A stretch of 64,000 nucleotides of DNA from Sedimentisphaerales bacterium (GTDB lineage Bacteria > Planctomycetota > Phycisphaerae > Sedimentisphaerales > SM23-30). Under the pieces are notes generated by a model that saw only the letters and a list, made by a program, of their open reading frames with translations, made no database searches and was not told the DNA's origin. Each line of letters begins with the position of its first letter. Positions within the stretch are counted from its first letter, which is position 1. The DNA is taken from NCBI GenBank assembly GCA_963663805.2, contig CAXXMR010000009.1, positions 64,001 to 128,000 of the forward strand. Reading direction: 5' to 3'. Made by a program: the position numbers and the translations under genes. Below are positions 51,472 to 61,931 of the stretch, piece after piece.

Positions 51472-52842
51472 CTAATTCGTCAAACTGCGAATCGGCGCCG
51501 GAATATGCCCGCCGCTGTTAATAAAGCGGGCACTGGCGTTATTGTTACGCACTTCCATCACACTGCCGCTGCCGAACAAGCCGCCGAACGATACCTCATC
51601 GCCAGCTTTCTTGCCCGGCACAGGAATGAGTCGTACCGCGGTGGTCTTATTATTGATTACCCCGATAGCCATTTCGTCCGCGATAATCCCGCTAATCGTT
51701 TCCGCCGCGGTGTCACCGGGAATAATAACCATATCCAGCCCGACCGAACATACGCTGGTCATGGCCTCGAGTTTTTCCAAAGTTAAATGTCCCTTCCGGG
51801 CCGCTTCTGCCAGATTCGAATCTTCCATTACCGGAATAAAAGCACCGCTCAAACCGCCCACCGAACTACTGGCAAACAAACCACCTTTTTTCACCGCGTC
51901 GTTTATCATCGCCAGCGCCGCCGTACTGCCCGGCGCGCCCACCACGTCCAGCCCCAGCACATTGAATATCTCACCGATACTATCGCCCACCTGCGGCGTA
52001 GGGGCCAGAGATAAATCCACAATCCCAAACCGCACCCCCAGCTCTTTGGCAACTTCGCGACCTATCAATTCACCCACTCGCGTCACTCGAAAAGCCGTCA
52101 GTTTAATCTGCTCTGCCAGCTCATTTATCGACGGCTGTCCCGCCGCCCGAACCCGTTCCAAAGCACTCTTAACCACGCCCGGCCCGCTTACGCCGATATT
52201 GATAACATTATCACCCTGACCAGAACCCAGATAAGCACCCGCCATGAACGGGTTGTCAGACGGAATATTCGCGAAGATAACCAGTTTCGCACAGCCGAAC
52301 CCGTCCTGCTCCTTGGTCGCCGCCGCGATGTCCTTGACAATCCTGCCCATAACGGCCACAGCATCCATATTTATGCCCGCTTTACTGCCCGCCAGATTTA
52401 CCGACGAGCAGACCCGTTTGGTTTTAGCCAACACTTCCGGCAGCGATTCAATCAGCAGCTTTTGACCCGCAGTCATTCCACGCTCGACCAGAGCCGTAAA
52501 ACCACCCGCCAAATCAACGTTCACTTTCTGAGTGCTTTCGTCAATCGTACGGGCAATCTCCAACGCCGCCTGCGCAGTGTGACCTTCCAGGAGATTACTT
52601 ACCGGCGACAAAGCCAGCCGCTTATTAACTACCGGAATCTTATACTTGCCCCCGATACTGTCGCAAACCTCAACCAGACGAGCCGCCCGCGTGGTTATTT
52701 TATGAGAGACTTTCTTACAGACCAGCTTTATATCAGGCCCGCAGCATTCGTTCAGGTCAATCCCCATCGTCACTGCCCGAACATCCAGATGTTCGCTTTG
52801 CAGCATCCTGATCGTTCCTAGTATGTCATCGGTACGCAGCAT
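51472..52842 (-). CDS. DUF711/UPF0210 PFL-like family protein
   Basis: LDVRAVTMGI, DNPFMAGA, VDLSLAPTP, VGGLSGAFIPV and CSVGLDM. Confidence 0.92.
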   Translation of the reverse strand: MLRTDDILGTIRMLQSEHLDVRAVTMGIDLNECCGPDIKLVCKKVSHKITTRAARLVEVCDSIGGKYKIPVVNKRLALSPVSNLLEGHTAQAALEIARTIDESTQKVNVDLAGGFTALVERGMTAGQKLLIESLPEVLAKTKRVCSSVNLAGSKAGINMDAVAVMGRIVKDIAAATKEQDGFGCAKLVIFANIPSDNPFMAGAYLGSGQGDNVINIGVSGPGVVKSALERVRAAGQPSINELAEQIKLTAFRVTRVGELIGREVAKELGVRFGIVDLSLAPTPQVGDSIGEIFNVLGLDVVGAPGSTAALAMINDAVKKGGLFASSSVGGLSGAFIPVMEDSNLAEAARKGHLTLEKLEAMTSVCSVGLDMVIIPGDTAAETISGIIADEMAIGVINNKTTAVRLIPVPGKKAGDEVSFGGLFGSGSVMEVRNNNASARFINSGGHIPAPIRSLTN

Positions 52843-52877
52843 TTATTTTTACCTTAATTGAATTTTTAGAGGTGTTC

Positions 52878-53429
52878 TTAAATAGCAAAGCCCAGCCGCA
52901 AATCATTCGTTGCGACAAAAATATTCTCATGCTGCATATGGGCAGCAAAACCCTTACCCTCGCCCAAAGATTCCAACTCGGCCTGAAGCATGTAAACATC
53001 GCTTTCGTTCGGCACGCTAACCTGACAGATTACCACAAAATTACCATCTCTAACACAGCAATAGAGGTCGTCAATATTGACGCTTTTGCCCGCCAGAAAA
53101 TTCACCAGCGAACTGAGAATCCCCGGTCGGTCCGGCCCTTCGCACGTCACGATAAATGACTGGAACTCCGGCCCCGCCTGCTCCACCGGACGGTAGGGAG
53201 TTACATAAACATGCAAATCAGAACCGGCATGATTATGAATACGCTCTGCCAGCTCATCGGTATTTATCTCACCCGCGAAATCCGCCAGGACCATCATCGC
53301 GAAATAACCCTGATGAACAGTCTGGCTGGCAGCCTGGATATTACCATCCAGATCCAGCAACGCCTGACTGACCCCGGCAATAATACCCGACCGGTCAGTT
53401 GTCGTTATAGACATTATATACTTCGCCAT
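52878..53429 (-). CDS. Double ACT-domain protein (GcvR-like)
   Basis: DRSGII and GPDRPGIL ACT motifs; the typical ACT-DUF711 pairing. Confidence 0.85.
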   Translation of the reverse strand: MAKYIMSITTTDRSGIIAGVSQALLDLDGNIQAASQTVHQGYFAMMVLADFAGEINTDELAERIHNHAGSDLHVYVTPYRPVEQAGPEFQSFIVTCEGPDRPGILSSLVNFLAGKSVNIDDLYCCVRDGNFVVICQVSVPNESDVYMLQAELESLGEGKGFAAHMQHENIFVATNDLRLGFAI

Positions 53430-53671
53430 ACCGTTCAGCCTTTCACAAGTATCAGTAATTCACAAAGCAGCAGAATATCGTTACTCCGGCAAACAATAAA
53501 GAACTAATTTCCGCAAGAATACCAACCGTGTGTGATGTGTGATAATTTCCCCGGGCCACCCTTTTGCCTCTTCTACCAACCCCCACAGAAGCCGAGCCGC
53601 GTAAGCGGCCGGATAAGACCACCAACATCCCTCACCAACCAAAACCGTGAGGTGATGGGTCCGGTCCATAA

Positions 53672-53784
53672 AAATACCCCTGCCGAAGGCAGGCACCACG
53701 CCGTTCACTCCTGCCTCCTGCCTCCTGCCTCCTGCCTCCTGCCTCCTGCCTCCTGCCTCATGCCTCCTGCCTCCTGCCTCATGC
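53672..53784 (-). repeat. Dispersed hairpin repeat copy 2 fused to 11 tandem heptamers CTC(C/A)TGC
   Basis: 53672-53710 matches copy 1; heptamer array at 53708-53784. Confidence 0.9.
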
Positions 53785-54077
53785 CTTCTTATACTATATG
53801 ACACTTTCCAGACCAAAATTATTAAAAAAAGGTGATATAGTATAGGTTCATGTTGCCAAAACCCCAAAAAAACGTAAAAAAACGCGAAAAAATCGTTAAA
53901 AACACGTTTTTTACCGTCCAAAAAATCCAAAAAATACCCAAAAAAACACCCCCTTCCATTTTCTTGAAAAAATAAGGACTTCAGGAATTATCTTGCCAAA
54001 GCTGGTGTTTGCCTTGACAATATCCAGTATTATTTTTGCCCTGTAATACTGTAAATGGTTGTGTAGAAGGAAATAAT

Positions 54078-57035
54078 ATGCGTATCGACCTGACCGGCCT
54101 CTGGGACATCCAGCCGCTCTACGATGATTCTGCCCAAAACTGGGACCCGCAAAAAATCGAACCCAAAGCATATATCAGCGACGTCTATCGTGTCCCCAGC
54201 CCATTTTCCATAAACAAAGCTAATTCAATAACTTACATTCACGAAATCTTCTCCGCTTTCGAATATCCCCTCGATTGGAACCTTACCAGCGATGCCTGGC
54301 TGAGAAAGAAATTCAATCTGGAATCGAAGAGCCAAAATGAACGTATCTTCTTACATTTCGGACACTTAACGGGCCGTGCCCATATTTATCTGAATGATGA
54401 GCTGATTAAGGAAGCCGACGACAATTATCAACCGTTAGATATTGATATTACTGAAGTTATAACTACGGAAGCCAAAAATACCCTGCTGATTCGCCTGGGT
54501 GATAGTAAAGGTCAATCGGGAATTTGTCAGGCCGGTTGGATTTACTCCCGGCCTAATATTAGGATAAGTGATTTCAAATACGAGACTTACGTCGAAGAGC
54601 AGAAAGTCGCTTATAAAGTTTTGCTGGTCAATCAAAGTAGTCAGGATAAATCCTTGTCGCTGGAGCTGATTGTGCGTGACATTAAAGGTACGCCGCTAAG
54701 TTCCTGCTCTAAAAAGGTTAATGTCGGGCAGGGCGATAAACTTGTCGTAGATATGGATGATTCCACCAACGCATTTGAGCTCTGGTCCGCGGAGAATCCG
54801 GTTTTATATCAGGCCGGTTTCCAGCTGCTGGACGAGAATGGAAAAAAAATCGATGAATACACCCAGCCCGTCTGTTTTCGGAAAATCGTCGATAATGGTG
54901 CAGAAATACGGGTAAACGGCAAAAAAACTCACCTTTACGGTGAAACCGCCGAGCATATACATTGTTACGCTCAGCGGCCTGAGTACCTGCGCTGCTGGTT
55001 TCGCATGCTCAAGAGTTTGGGGATGAACTGTTTGTATCTGGCGGCGGGCCCTTGTGATTCAATAGTTTATGAAATCGCTGATGAGCTGGGTATTTATTGT
55101 CGGCGGACTGAGGGGGATTTGGTATTAGAAAAGTGGGGTTGCGCTAATCCGCAGAATACTTCAAGTCTTGCGGGTAATCTATGCTATCGTACCTTGTGGG
55201 ATATGCACCGGGCGGCGGGGCGGCAGGCGGCTCTGCTCATCGAGCGGGCGCGGATAAACGATATTTCGTCGGTGTGCCTGAAGAATATTTCGGTTTTGGA
55301 TAATCCGGCGGTTCCTGAGGTTGAAATTCCGCTGGCTTTGGGCCGTTTGGGTGATAATCATCCGATTCCGGCAGTAGTGCCGCCTTTCAGCAGTGAATTT
55401 ACCTGGTGGCATGAGGGGCAGGTGTCATGGCAGAAGGGCAGTTCTTTTGATTTAATTAAAGAGGCTTTGGCTCCTGAGACCGCTTTTGTCTGGCAGAAAC
55501 AGAATCAATATTTCACCGATGCTCCCATCGAACGGACGGTTACGATTATCAATGATACCGAGCAGGAGCATGAATATGAATTGTTCCTTTCGGTGACGAG
55601 TGTTTCGGCGAAGATGGTAACGGAGCATCAGCGTAAGATTACGGTTGGGCCGGGTGGTCGGGAGAACATCCACTTCAAATTTACGGCTAAGCCGTTTCCC
55701 TGCCGGAATAGCTTTCGCGTATTGCTGGAGCGGGACGGGATTACGCTGGTTGATAAAATTCAGCAGTTTAATGTGAGTGAGCCTTTGGACCAGATGACCG
55801 AGCCTCTGCAAATAAATAATCTCAAGACTCTGGGCAGCGGAGCTTTAGATAAATGGCTCGAGAGACGCGGGCTCAAAGCAGAGACTGTCGAGGATCTGGG
55901 TTCGCTGGGGGCGGAAGATGTTTTGATTGTCCAGAAAGGGGCTCCGGAGGCTGTTCAAGATGATATTTCGACTTTAATAGATTTTATTAAATCAGGTGGG
56001 CGGGCTTTGGTGCTGGAGCCGGAGAGCGCCTGGGAGGGCCTGAAGTTTGTCGATGTCAAGGCGACTCACGGGCATGGTCAGGTGATTCGGTTGGAGGAAA
56101 TCAGTTACGCATGGTGGGGCGAACAGTCGTATGTCGGGGATGAGGGTAAGGATTTTGCGGCGGTTAAGGCTTGTGTTAAGCCGTCGGGGAATGGCTATCG
56201 CAGTTGGGTAGATGTCGGTTCGGATGAGGGCGAGTTGACAGGGTTGTCGATGTCGGCTTTGCTGGAGCGTCAGTGGGGGGGCGGCTGTCTGATGATTAGT
56301 ACGCTGGAGATAACCAAATGTCTGGAGACCGTACCGGCGGCGGAGGAGACTCTGGAGGCGGTATTAGAATATTTGCGTGACTATAAATCGCTGGTCGGCA
56401 GGAAAGTTTATCTGCCGCAGGGTTGGTGCGATAATGAGGAACTGGCGGGGATTTTTGAGGCTTCGGATGATCGTGAGGGTGCGGATATTATTTTTGTGGA
56501 TGCTTCGGCGAGCGCTGCGGAAGAACTGGGTAAATATCGGGACCGGGCCCAAAACGGCAGTACAATTATTTTGTATAATCTGACGCCGGAAAATCAGGCT
56601 GCCTCAGAATCTTTGACAGGAGCTCTTTCGCTGGTCCATATTGGCAACGAGGCTCAGGGGCTAATTCATCAGCGTCATGAGCTTACCGAAGGCATGTCCA
56701 ATGAGGAGTTGTTCTGGATGAAATCTGGCCAGGATGAAAAGACGCCGATAAGCAATGGTTACGCGTTTGGTTCCACGACGTTCAAACCGCTGGTCACGGT
56801 TACGCCGGATCGGGCATTCCATATGCTGCGGAATGAATATGATAACGCGGCGATTATGCGGAGCAGGATGTTCGCGATGTACGGCCATGACAGTCGGGCG
56901 GCACAGCTGATGGGGGTAACCCCGCTGGGCAAGGGGCAGATAATCATCTGTCAGGTTAATCCGCCGTCGGTTGGGGAGATACGCTCCGGGCGTTTCTGGC
57001 GGATTTTGGCGGCAAATCTTTTGGCGTTGCGTTGA
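54078..57035 (+). CDS. GH2-like protein (sugar-binding and Ig domains, abbreviated TIM barrel, long C-terminal region)
   Basis: IDLTGLW, LWSAENPVLY, FRKI..VNGKK..LYG and ADELGIY; the canonical NHPS..W...NE segment is not visible. Confidence 0.7.
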   Translation: MRIDLTGLWDIQPLYDDSAQNWDPQKIEPKAYISDVYRVPSPFSINKANSITYIHEIFSAFEYPLDWNLTSDAWLRKKFNLESKSQNERIFLHFGHLTGRAHIYLNDELIKEADDNYQPLDIDITEVITTEAKNTLLIRLGDSKGQSGICQAGWIYSRPNIRISDFKYETYVEEQKVAYKVLLVNQSSQDKSLSLELIVRDIKGTPLSSCSKKVNVGQGDKLVVDMDDSTNAFELWSAENPVLYQAGFQLLDENGKKIDEYTQPVCFRKIVDNGAEIRVNGKKTHLYGETAEHIHCYAQRPEYLRCWFRMLKSLGMNCLYLAAGPCDSIVYEIADELGIYCRRTEGDLVLEKWGCANPQNTSSLAGNLCYRTLWDMHRAAGRQAALLIERARINDISSVCLKNISVLDNPAVPEVEIPLALGRLGDNHPIPAVVPPFSSEFTWWHEGQVSWQKGSSFDLIKEALAPETAFVWQKQNQYFTDAPIERTVTIINDTEQEHEYELFLSVTSVSAKMVTEHQRKITVGPGGRENIHFKFTAKPFPCRNSFRVLLERDGITLVDKIQQFNVSEPLDQMTEPLQINNLKTLGSGALDKWLERRGLKAETVEDLGSLGAEDVLIVQKGAPEAVQDDISTLIDFIKSGGRALVLEPESAWEGLKFVDVKATHGHGQVIRLEEISYAWWGEQSYVGDEGKDFAAVKACVKPSGNGYRSWVDVGSDEGELTGLSMSALLERQWGGGCLMISTLEITKCLETVPAAEETLEAVLEYLRDYKSLVGRKVYLPQGWCDNEELAGIFEASDDREGADIIFVDASASAAEELGKYRDRAQNGSTIILYNLTPENQAASESLTGALSLVHIGNEAQGLIHQRHELTEGMSNEELFWMKSGQDEKTPISNGYAFGSTTFKPLVTVTPDRAFHMLRNEYDNAAIMRSRMFAMYGHDSRAAQLMGVTPLGKGQIIICQVNPPSVGEIRSGRFWRILAANLLALR

Positions 57036-57120
57036 TAAAGTTCATTGGCAATATTGGTTCGGTGACGCTATAATCACGTGTTTTGTAGAATGGTAAGTAG
57101 TAGATATATAAGGTATTTAG

Positions 57121-58359
57121 ATGTCTTTCAGCAGTATTCCCGAAGTTATAAAAGACCTCCAGGACGGCAAGATGATTGTTCTGGTGGATGATGAGGACCG
57201 TGAGAACGAGGGGGATTTGGTTTGCGCGGCGGAGAAGACTACGCCTGAGATAGTGAATTTTATGGCTCGTTTTGGACGGGGGATGATTTGTCTGCCGCTG
57301 ACCGAGGAACGCTGCGATTATTTGCATTTGCATCCGCAGACCACGTCGAACACCTCAGCTTTGGGTACGGCTTTTACGGTTACGATTGATGCTCGGAGCG
57401 GGACGACCACGGGGATTTCGGCAGGTGATAGAGCCCGGACTATTTTACAGGCGGTTGACCCTGCCTGCAAGCCGATGGACCTGGCTCGGCCGGGCCATAT
57501 TTTTCCGTTGCGGGCCAAGGAGGGCGGGGTGCTGGTTCGGCCCGGTCAGACGGAAGGTTCGGTTGATTTGGCGAAAATGGCGGGGCTTAATCCGTCAGCG
57601 GTGATTTGTGAAATAATGAAAGATGACGGCACGATGATGCGGGTGCCGGACCTGAAGTTGTTTTGTAAAGAGCATGATTTGAAGATGGCCAGTATCGCGG
57701 CTTTGATTGAGTATCGGATGCAGCGGGAGTCTTTGGTCAGGCGGGTTCAGTCGGTGCAGCTGCCGACCGATTGCGGTATGTTCCAGCTTTACGGCTATGA
57801 GACAGCGATGGATAATCATTTGCATTTGGCGTTGTGCAAGGGGGACATTGGCGAGCTGGACGATGAAGGCAGGCCGATATTGCATTCCGAGCCGGTGCTG
57901 GTGCGGGTACACAGTGAGTGTATGACGGGCGATATTTTTCATTCGCAGCGCTGCGATTGCGGCGGCCAGTTGGATGAGGCGATGAAAATGATTGATAAGG
58001 AGGGCAAAGGAGCCATTATCTATCTGCGTCAGGAAGGGCGGGGCATTGGCCTGACGGCTAAGCTGCACGCGTATAAACTTCAGGAAGAAGGTTTGGATAC
58101 GGTGGAAGCGAATGAGCGGCTGGGTTTCGCCGCGGATAAACGTGATTATGGTTTGGGGGCGCAGATATGCCGTGATCTGGGGATTCGCAAGATTCGGAAT
58201 CTGACGAACAATCCTATCAAGACGGACCGTTTGCGGGTTTATGGGATTGAGGTGGTTGAGCAACTGCCTTTGCAGGTCCCTTATAGTGAGCATTGTCGCA
58301 AGTATATGACGACCAAACGGGACCGTATGGGGCATATTCTGCCGGAGGATATTGGTTGA
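57121..58359 (+). CDS. ribBA: Bifunctional DHBP synthase / GTP cyclohydrolase II
   Basis: [33 protein letters not shown] and RQEGRGIG. Confidence 0.97.
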   Translation: MSFSSIPEVIKDLQDGKMIVLVDDEDRENEGDLVCAAEKTTPEIVNFMARFGRGMICLPLTEERCDYLHLHPQTTSNTSALGTAFTVTIDARSGTTTGISAGDRARTILQAVDPACKPMDLARPGHIFPLRAKEGGVLVRPGQTEGSVDLAKMAGLNPSAVICEIMKDDGTMMRVPDLKLFCKEHDLKMASIAALIEYRMQRESLVRRVQSVQLPTDCGMFQLYGYETAMDNHLHLALCKGDIGELDDEGRPILHSEPVLVRVHSECMTGDIFHSQRCDCGGQLDEAMKMIDKEGKGAIIYLRQEGRGIGLTAKLHAYKLQEEGLDTVEANERLGFAADKRDYGLGAQICRDLGIRKIRNLTNNPIKTDRLRVYGIEVVEQLPLQVPYSEHCRKYMTTKRDRMGHILPEDIG

Positions 58360-58360
58360 T

Positions 58361-58837
58361 ATGGCGAGACGGTTCTGGATTATCCCGATATTGCTTCTGT
58401 TTGTCGGATGCCGATTTTTGGGCGGCGATGCCGGCGGCAAAAAAGCGGATTGCTGTCCGCGCGGTTTCAGTGTGGCGGGGATAAAGCTGGAGTCGGCATT
58501 TACGCGGGTGACAGATGGTCGAGTAGAGGCGTTTGTTACTCTGCTGGACGAGTTTGGCGAACCGTTGAAGTCACTGGGGCAGTTTCGGTTTGAATTTTTT
58601 CAATATAAAAAGTCGGCGGCGGAACTGCGGGGGGTGCGGTATGAAGGCGACGGCTTGCAGAATGTTGATTTGAGTGAACTGGCGGAAAATCAGGGTCATT
58701 ATGATTGTGTGACGCGCAGTTACATGGTTGATCTGAAGTTGCCGGAGCAGGCGGATGGTGAAGTGATACTTGAAGCTACGTTTACTTTGCCGGGCGGTTT
58801 GCGGTTTTCGGATTTTATGGTTTTGAAAACGAAGTGA
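58361..58837 (+). CDS. Hypothetical lipoprotein
   Basis: Lipobox-like LFVGC after a hydrophobic stretch; adjacent to ribBA. Confidence 0.7.
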   Translation: MARRFWIIPILLLFVGCRFLGGDAGGKKADCCPRGFSVAGIKLESAFTRVTDGRVEAFVTLLDEFGEPLKSLGQFRFEFFQYKKSAAELRGVRYEGDGLQNVDLSELAENQGHYDCVTRSYMVDLKLPEQADGEVILEATFTLPGGLRFSDFMVLKTK

Positions 58838-59027
58838 CGGCTTCAGCCTTTGGCTGAAGATGTCAGAGGTCAGATTTCAGCAATCAGACAGAACAACGGC
58901 TAAGAATTTTTGACAGGCTAACAGGATTTGAATTTAGAGATAAGAGATAAGTTGCAAGAAATAAGTTGACGGCAACGGCGGATTTACGGGATTTATTTTT
59001 TAGTTAGCGGATTGTCGCGGATTTTTA

Positions 59028-60434
59028 ATGGCGAGGCAGGTTATAGACATGAAAAAGGCTGATAAGAGCTGGCAGAGTCGGATGTCTGAGGGACAGGATG
59101 CGTTGGCGGTTGATTTTGTGGAGTCGATTAGCTATGACTGGCGGCTCTATGAGTATGATATCGCGGGCAGTTTGGCACATGGTCAGATGCTTTGTGAGCA
59201 GGGGCTGCTAAGCGAAGATGAGCTGGCGGCGATTCGCAAAGGTTTGGAAGATATACGTCAGGAAATCGCGGCGGGGAAGTTTACTTTTGATAAGCAATAT
59301 GAAGATATTCATATGGTGGTCGAGGCGGCGTTGACGGCTAAGATTGGTGAACCGGCCAAGAAACTGCATACGGGGCGGAGTCGGAATGACCAGGTTGCTT
59401 TAGATATGCGGCTTTGGATGCGGGATGAGATTGATAAGCTGGAGGTTGAGATAAAAGGGGTGCAGGGGGCTTTGGTGGGGCTGGCGGAAAAGGACGGCGA
59501 GATTGTGATGCCGGGCTATACGCATTTGCAGCGGGCTCAGCCGGTCTTGGCGGGGATTTATGTTTTGGCGTTTGTGGAGATGCTGGAACGGGACCGGGAG
59601 CGGCTGGTGGATTTGGGGCGGCGGGTTAATCAGTCGCCTTTGGGGGCCGGGGCATTGTCGGGCAGTTCTTTACCTTTGAATCGGCGGCGGGTGGCGGATC
59701 TGTTGAAGTTTGAAGGGATAACGCGGAACTGTATTGACAGTGTGAGCGATAGAGATTTTTGTGCGGAGTTCGCGTTTGTTTGCAGTATGGCGGGGATGCA
59801 TCTGTCGCGGCTGGCGGAGGACTGGATTATTTATACGACGCAGGAGTTCGGTTTTATTCGGACGGACGACGCTTATTGTACGGGCAGCAGTATGATGCCG
59901 CAGAAACGTAACCCGGATATGTTAGAATTGATTCGCGGCAAGAGCGGCGGGTTTTATGGTAATCTAATGTCGCTGCTGACTATGCTGAAGGGGCAGCCGC
60001 TATCTTATAACCGGGACATGCAGGAAGACAAGAAGTATATTTTTGCCTCGGCGGATAGTCTGGCAGCGTGCTTGCGGATGGCGGGGGCGATTGTGAGTCA
60101 TACTCGCTTTGTGAGCGAGAATATAGGGCGGGATATAGAGAAGGGTTTTTTGGATGCTACGTCGCTGGCGGAATATCTGGTGCGCAAGGCGGTACCGTTT
60201 CGGCAGGCTCATCAGATTGTGGGGCGGCTGGTGGGTAAGTGTGAGGATGTCGGTAAGCAATTGGCGGAGTTGACGCTGGCGGAGCTTAAAGAGGCATCCG
60301 CGGCGATAGAAGAAGATGTTTATGATTGTCTGACGGCGGCGAATGTGGCGGGGCGTTACGCGGTGGAAGGTTCGGCGGGCAGTAAGCAGCTGGCGGAGCA
60401 GTTGAAGTTCTGGCGGGAGAAACTTTATATTTAA
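59028..60434 (+). CDS. argH: Argininosuccinate lyase
   Basis: HTGRSRNDQ, PGYTHLQRAQP and GSSMMPQKRNPD. Confidence 0.97.
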   Translation: MARQVIDMKKADKSWQSRMSEGQDALAVDFVESISYDWRLYEYDIAGSLAHGQMLCEQGLLSEDELAAIRKGLEDIRQEIAAGKFTFDKQYEDIHMVVEAALTAKIGEPAKKLHTGRSRNDQVALDMRLWMRDEIDKLEVEIKGVQGALVGLAEKDGEIVMPGYTHLQRAQPVLAGIYVLAFVEMLERDRERLVDLGRRVNQSPLGAGALSGSSLPLNRRRVADLLKFEGITRNCIDSVSDRDFCAEFAFVCSMAGMHLSRLAEDWIIYTTQEFGFIRTDDAYCTGSSMMPQKRNPDMLELIRGKSGGFYGNLMSLLTMLKGQPLSYNRDMQEDKKYIFASADSLAACLRMAGAIVSHTRFVSENIGRDIEKGFLDATSLAEYLVRKAVPFRQAHQIVGRLVGKCEDVGKQLAELTLAELKEASAAIEEDVYDCLTAANVAGRYAVEGSAGSKQLAEQLKFWREKLYI

Positions 60435-60447
60435 CGCATTAGGCGTG

Positions 60448-60501
60448 AGGCAAGAGGCATGAGTGAACGGCGAGGTGCCGACCTATGGTCGGAATTTATT
60501 T
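60448..60501 (+). repeat. Dispersed hairpin repeat, copy 3 (compensatory stem changes)
   Basis: Flanks match copy 1; the hairpin reads CCGACC-TAT-GGTCGG. Confidence 0.8.
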
Positions 60502-60532
60502 TAATTTTAACGGCAACTGATTAACGGATTTT

Positions 60533-61462
60533 ATGGCTGAATCTAAGTCTGAATTTGGTTTGATAGGGTGGATTGCTGAGCATTGCATGGTTAGCAGAGA
60601 GTCGGTAACTACGGGGATCGGCGATGATATGGCGGTTATCGACTGGGGCGGGCGGGAGCTGCTGATTACGACGGATATGCTTTTGGAAGGGGTGCATTTT
60701 GATTTAGCTAAGGCCTCTCTGGAAGAGGTTGGCTATAAGGTGATGGCTTGCAGTTTGAGTGATTGTGCGGCTATGGCGGCGGAGCCTTTCGCGGCGGTGG
60801 CGGCGGTGGCGTTGCCGAAAAACATGGCGTTGGCTGACGCCAAACGGCTGGTGGAAGGTATGCAGCAGGCGGCGGTGCGTTATAACTGTCCCTTGATTGG
60901 TGGGGATACGACCAGTTGGGATAAGCCTTTGGCGATTGATGTGACGATGTTGGCGTGTATGGCTGATGGTCATCGACCTGTGCTGCGGAGCGGGGCGAAG
61001 GTGGGTGACGCGATAATGGTAACGGGTCAGCTGGGCGGTTCGCTGGCGGGGCGGCATTTGAGTTTTGAGCCGCGGGTGGCGGAGGCGAGGCTTTTGGCGG
61101 AGCGGGTGGATTTGCACGCCATGATTGATATCAGCGATGGTCTGGCGGCGGATTTGGGGCATATTTGTGAGCGCAGCGGGGTTGGTGCGGTTCTGGAAGC
61201 GATAAATATTCCGATTAGTCCGGCGGCGGCGGGCGATAATCCGCTGGCGGCGGCGCTGGGGGATGGCGAAGATTTTGAACTGCTGTTTTGTGTGAGCGAG
61301 GCGGACGCGAAGAAGCTGCTGAAATTTTGGTCTGGTGAGTCGCCGGTGCCGCTGACGCGGATAGGGGAAATTACAGCAGGCGAACCGGGGGTGAAGATAC
61401 GGAATTGTCAAGGCGCGGTTAAGGACGTGGAAATTAAAGGCTGGGAGCATTTTCGTGAGTGA
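60533..61462 (+). CDS. thiL: Thiamine-monophosphate kinase
   Basis: GIGDDMA, EGVHF, LSDCAAM, IDISDGL and GEDFEL. Confidence 0.95.
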   Translation: MAESKSEFGLIGWIAEHCMVSRESVTTGIGDDMAVIDWGGRELLITTDMLLEGVHFDLAKASLEEVGYKVMACSLSDCAAMAAEPFAAVAAVALPKNMALADAKRLVEGMQQAAVRYNCPLIGGDTTSWDKPLAIDVTMLACMADGHRPVLRSGAKVGDAIMVTGQLGGSLAGRHLSFEPRVAEARLLAERVDLHAMIDISDGLAADLGHICERSGVGAVLEAINIPISPAAAGDNPLAAALGDGEDFELLFCVSEADAKKLLKFWSGESPVPLTRIGEITAGEPGVKIRNCQGAVKDVEIKGWEHFRE

Positions 61463-61931
61463 GAATATGGTCGAGATAATCAGTTCGAGCGTGGCGGAGA
61501 CTCTGGCGTTGGGTGAGCGGATCGGTGCGGCTTTGAGGGGTGGTGAGGTTATCGCTTTGATTGGCGAGTTGGGGACGGGCAAGACGCATCTGGTTAAGGG
61601 GCTTGGTAAGGGGCTGGGTGTTTGTGAGGATGATATGGTTACCAGTCCAACGTTTACTCTGGTAAATGAATATGAGGGACGGCGGACGCTGGTGCATATT
61701 GACGCGTATCGGCTCGATGACGCGAGGCAGCTGGAGGCGTTGGGGTTCGACGAGATGTGCTATCCGGGTAATGTGGTGGTGGTGGAATGGGCGGACAGGG
61801 TTTGGCCTTTGCTGGCGGAGTATGAGCCGCTGACGGTTAAGTTGCGGCATGAAGGGGAAAATGAACGGGCGTTGCAGTTTGAGAATGTTAGCGATGAACT
61901 GAAAGAAATTATATCGGGAGGCGGCCAATGA
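61455..61931 (+). CDS. tsaE: tRNA threonylcarbamoyladenosine biosynthesis ATPase TsaE
   Basis: GELGTGKT, SPTFTLVNEY, H.DAYRL and VEW. Confidence 0.95.
   Translation: MSENMVEIISSSVAETLALGERIGAALRGGEVIALIGELGTGKTHLVKGLGKGLGVCEDDMVTSPTFTLVNEYEGRRTLVHIDAYRLDDARQLEALGFDEMCYPGNVVVVEWADRVWPLLAEYEPLTVKLRHEGENERALQFENVSDELKEIISGGGQ

Noticed and set aside
53672..53784. CRISPR array
   Set aside because: Tandem 7-mers without unique spacers; no cas genes in the window.
53481..53930. ORF with RRQEAGG repeats
   Set aside because: It is the translation of the heptamer DNA array, with no protein-like features.
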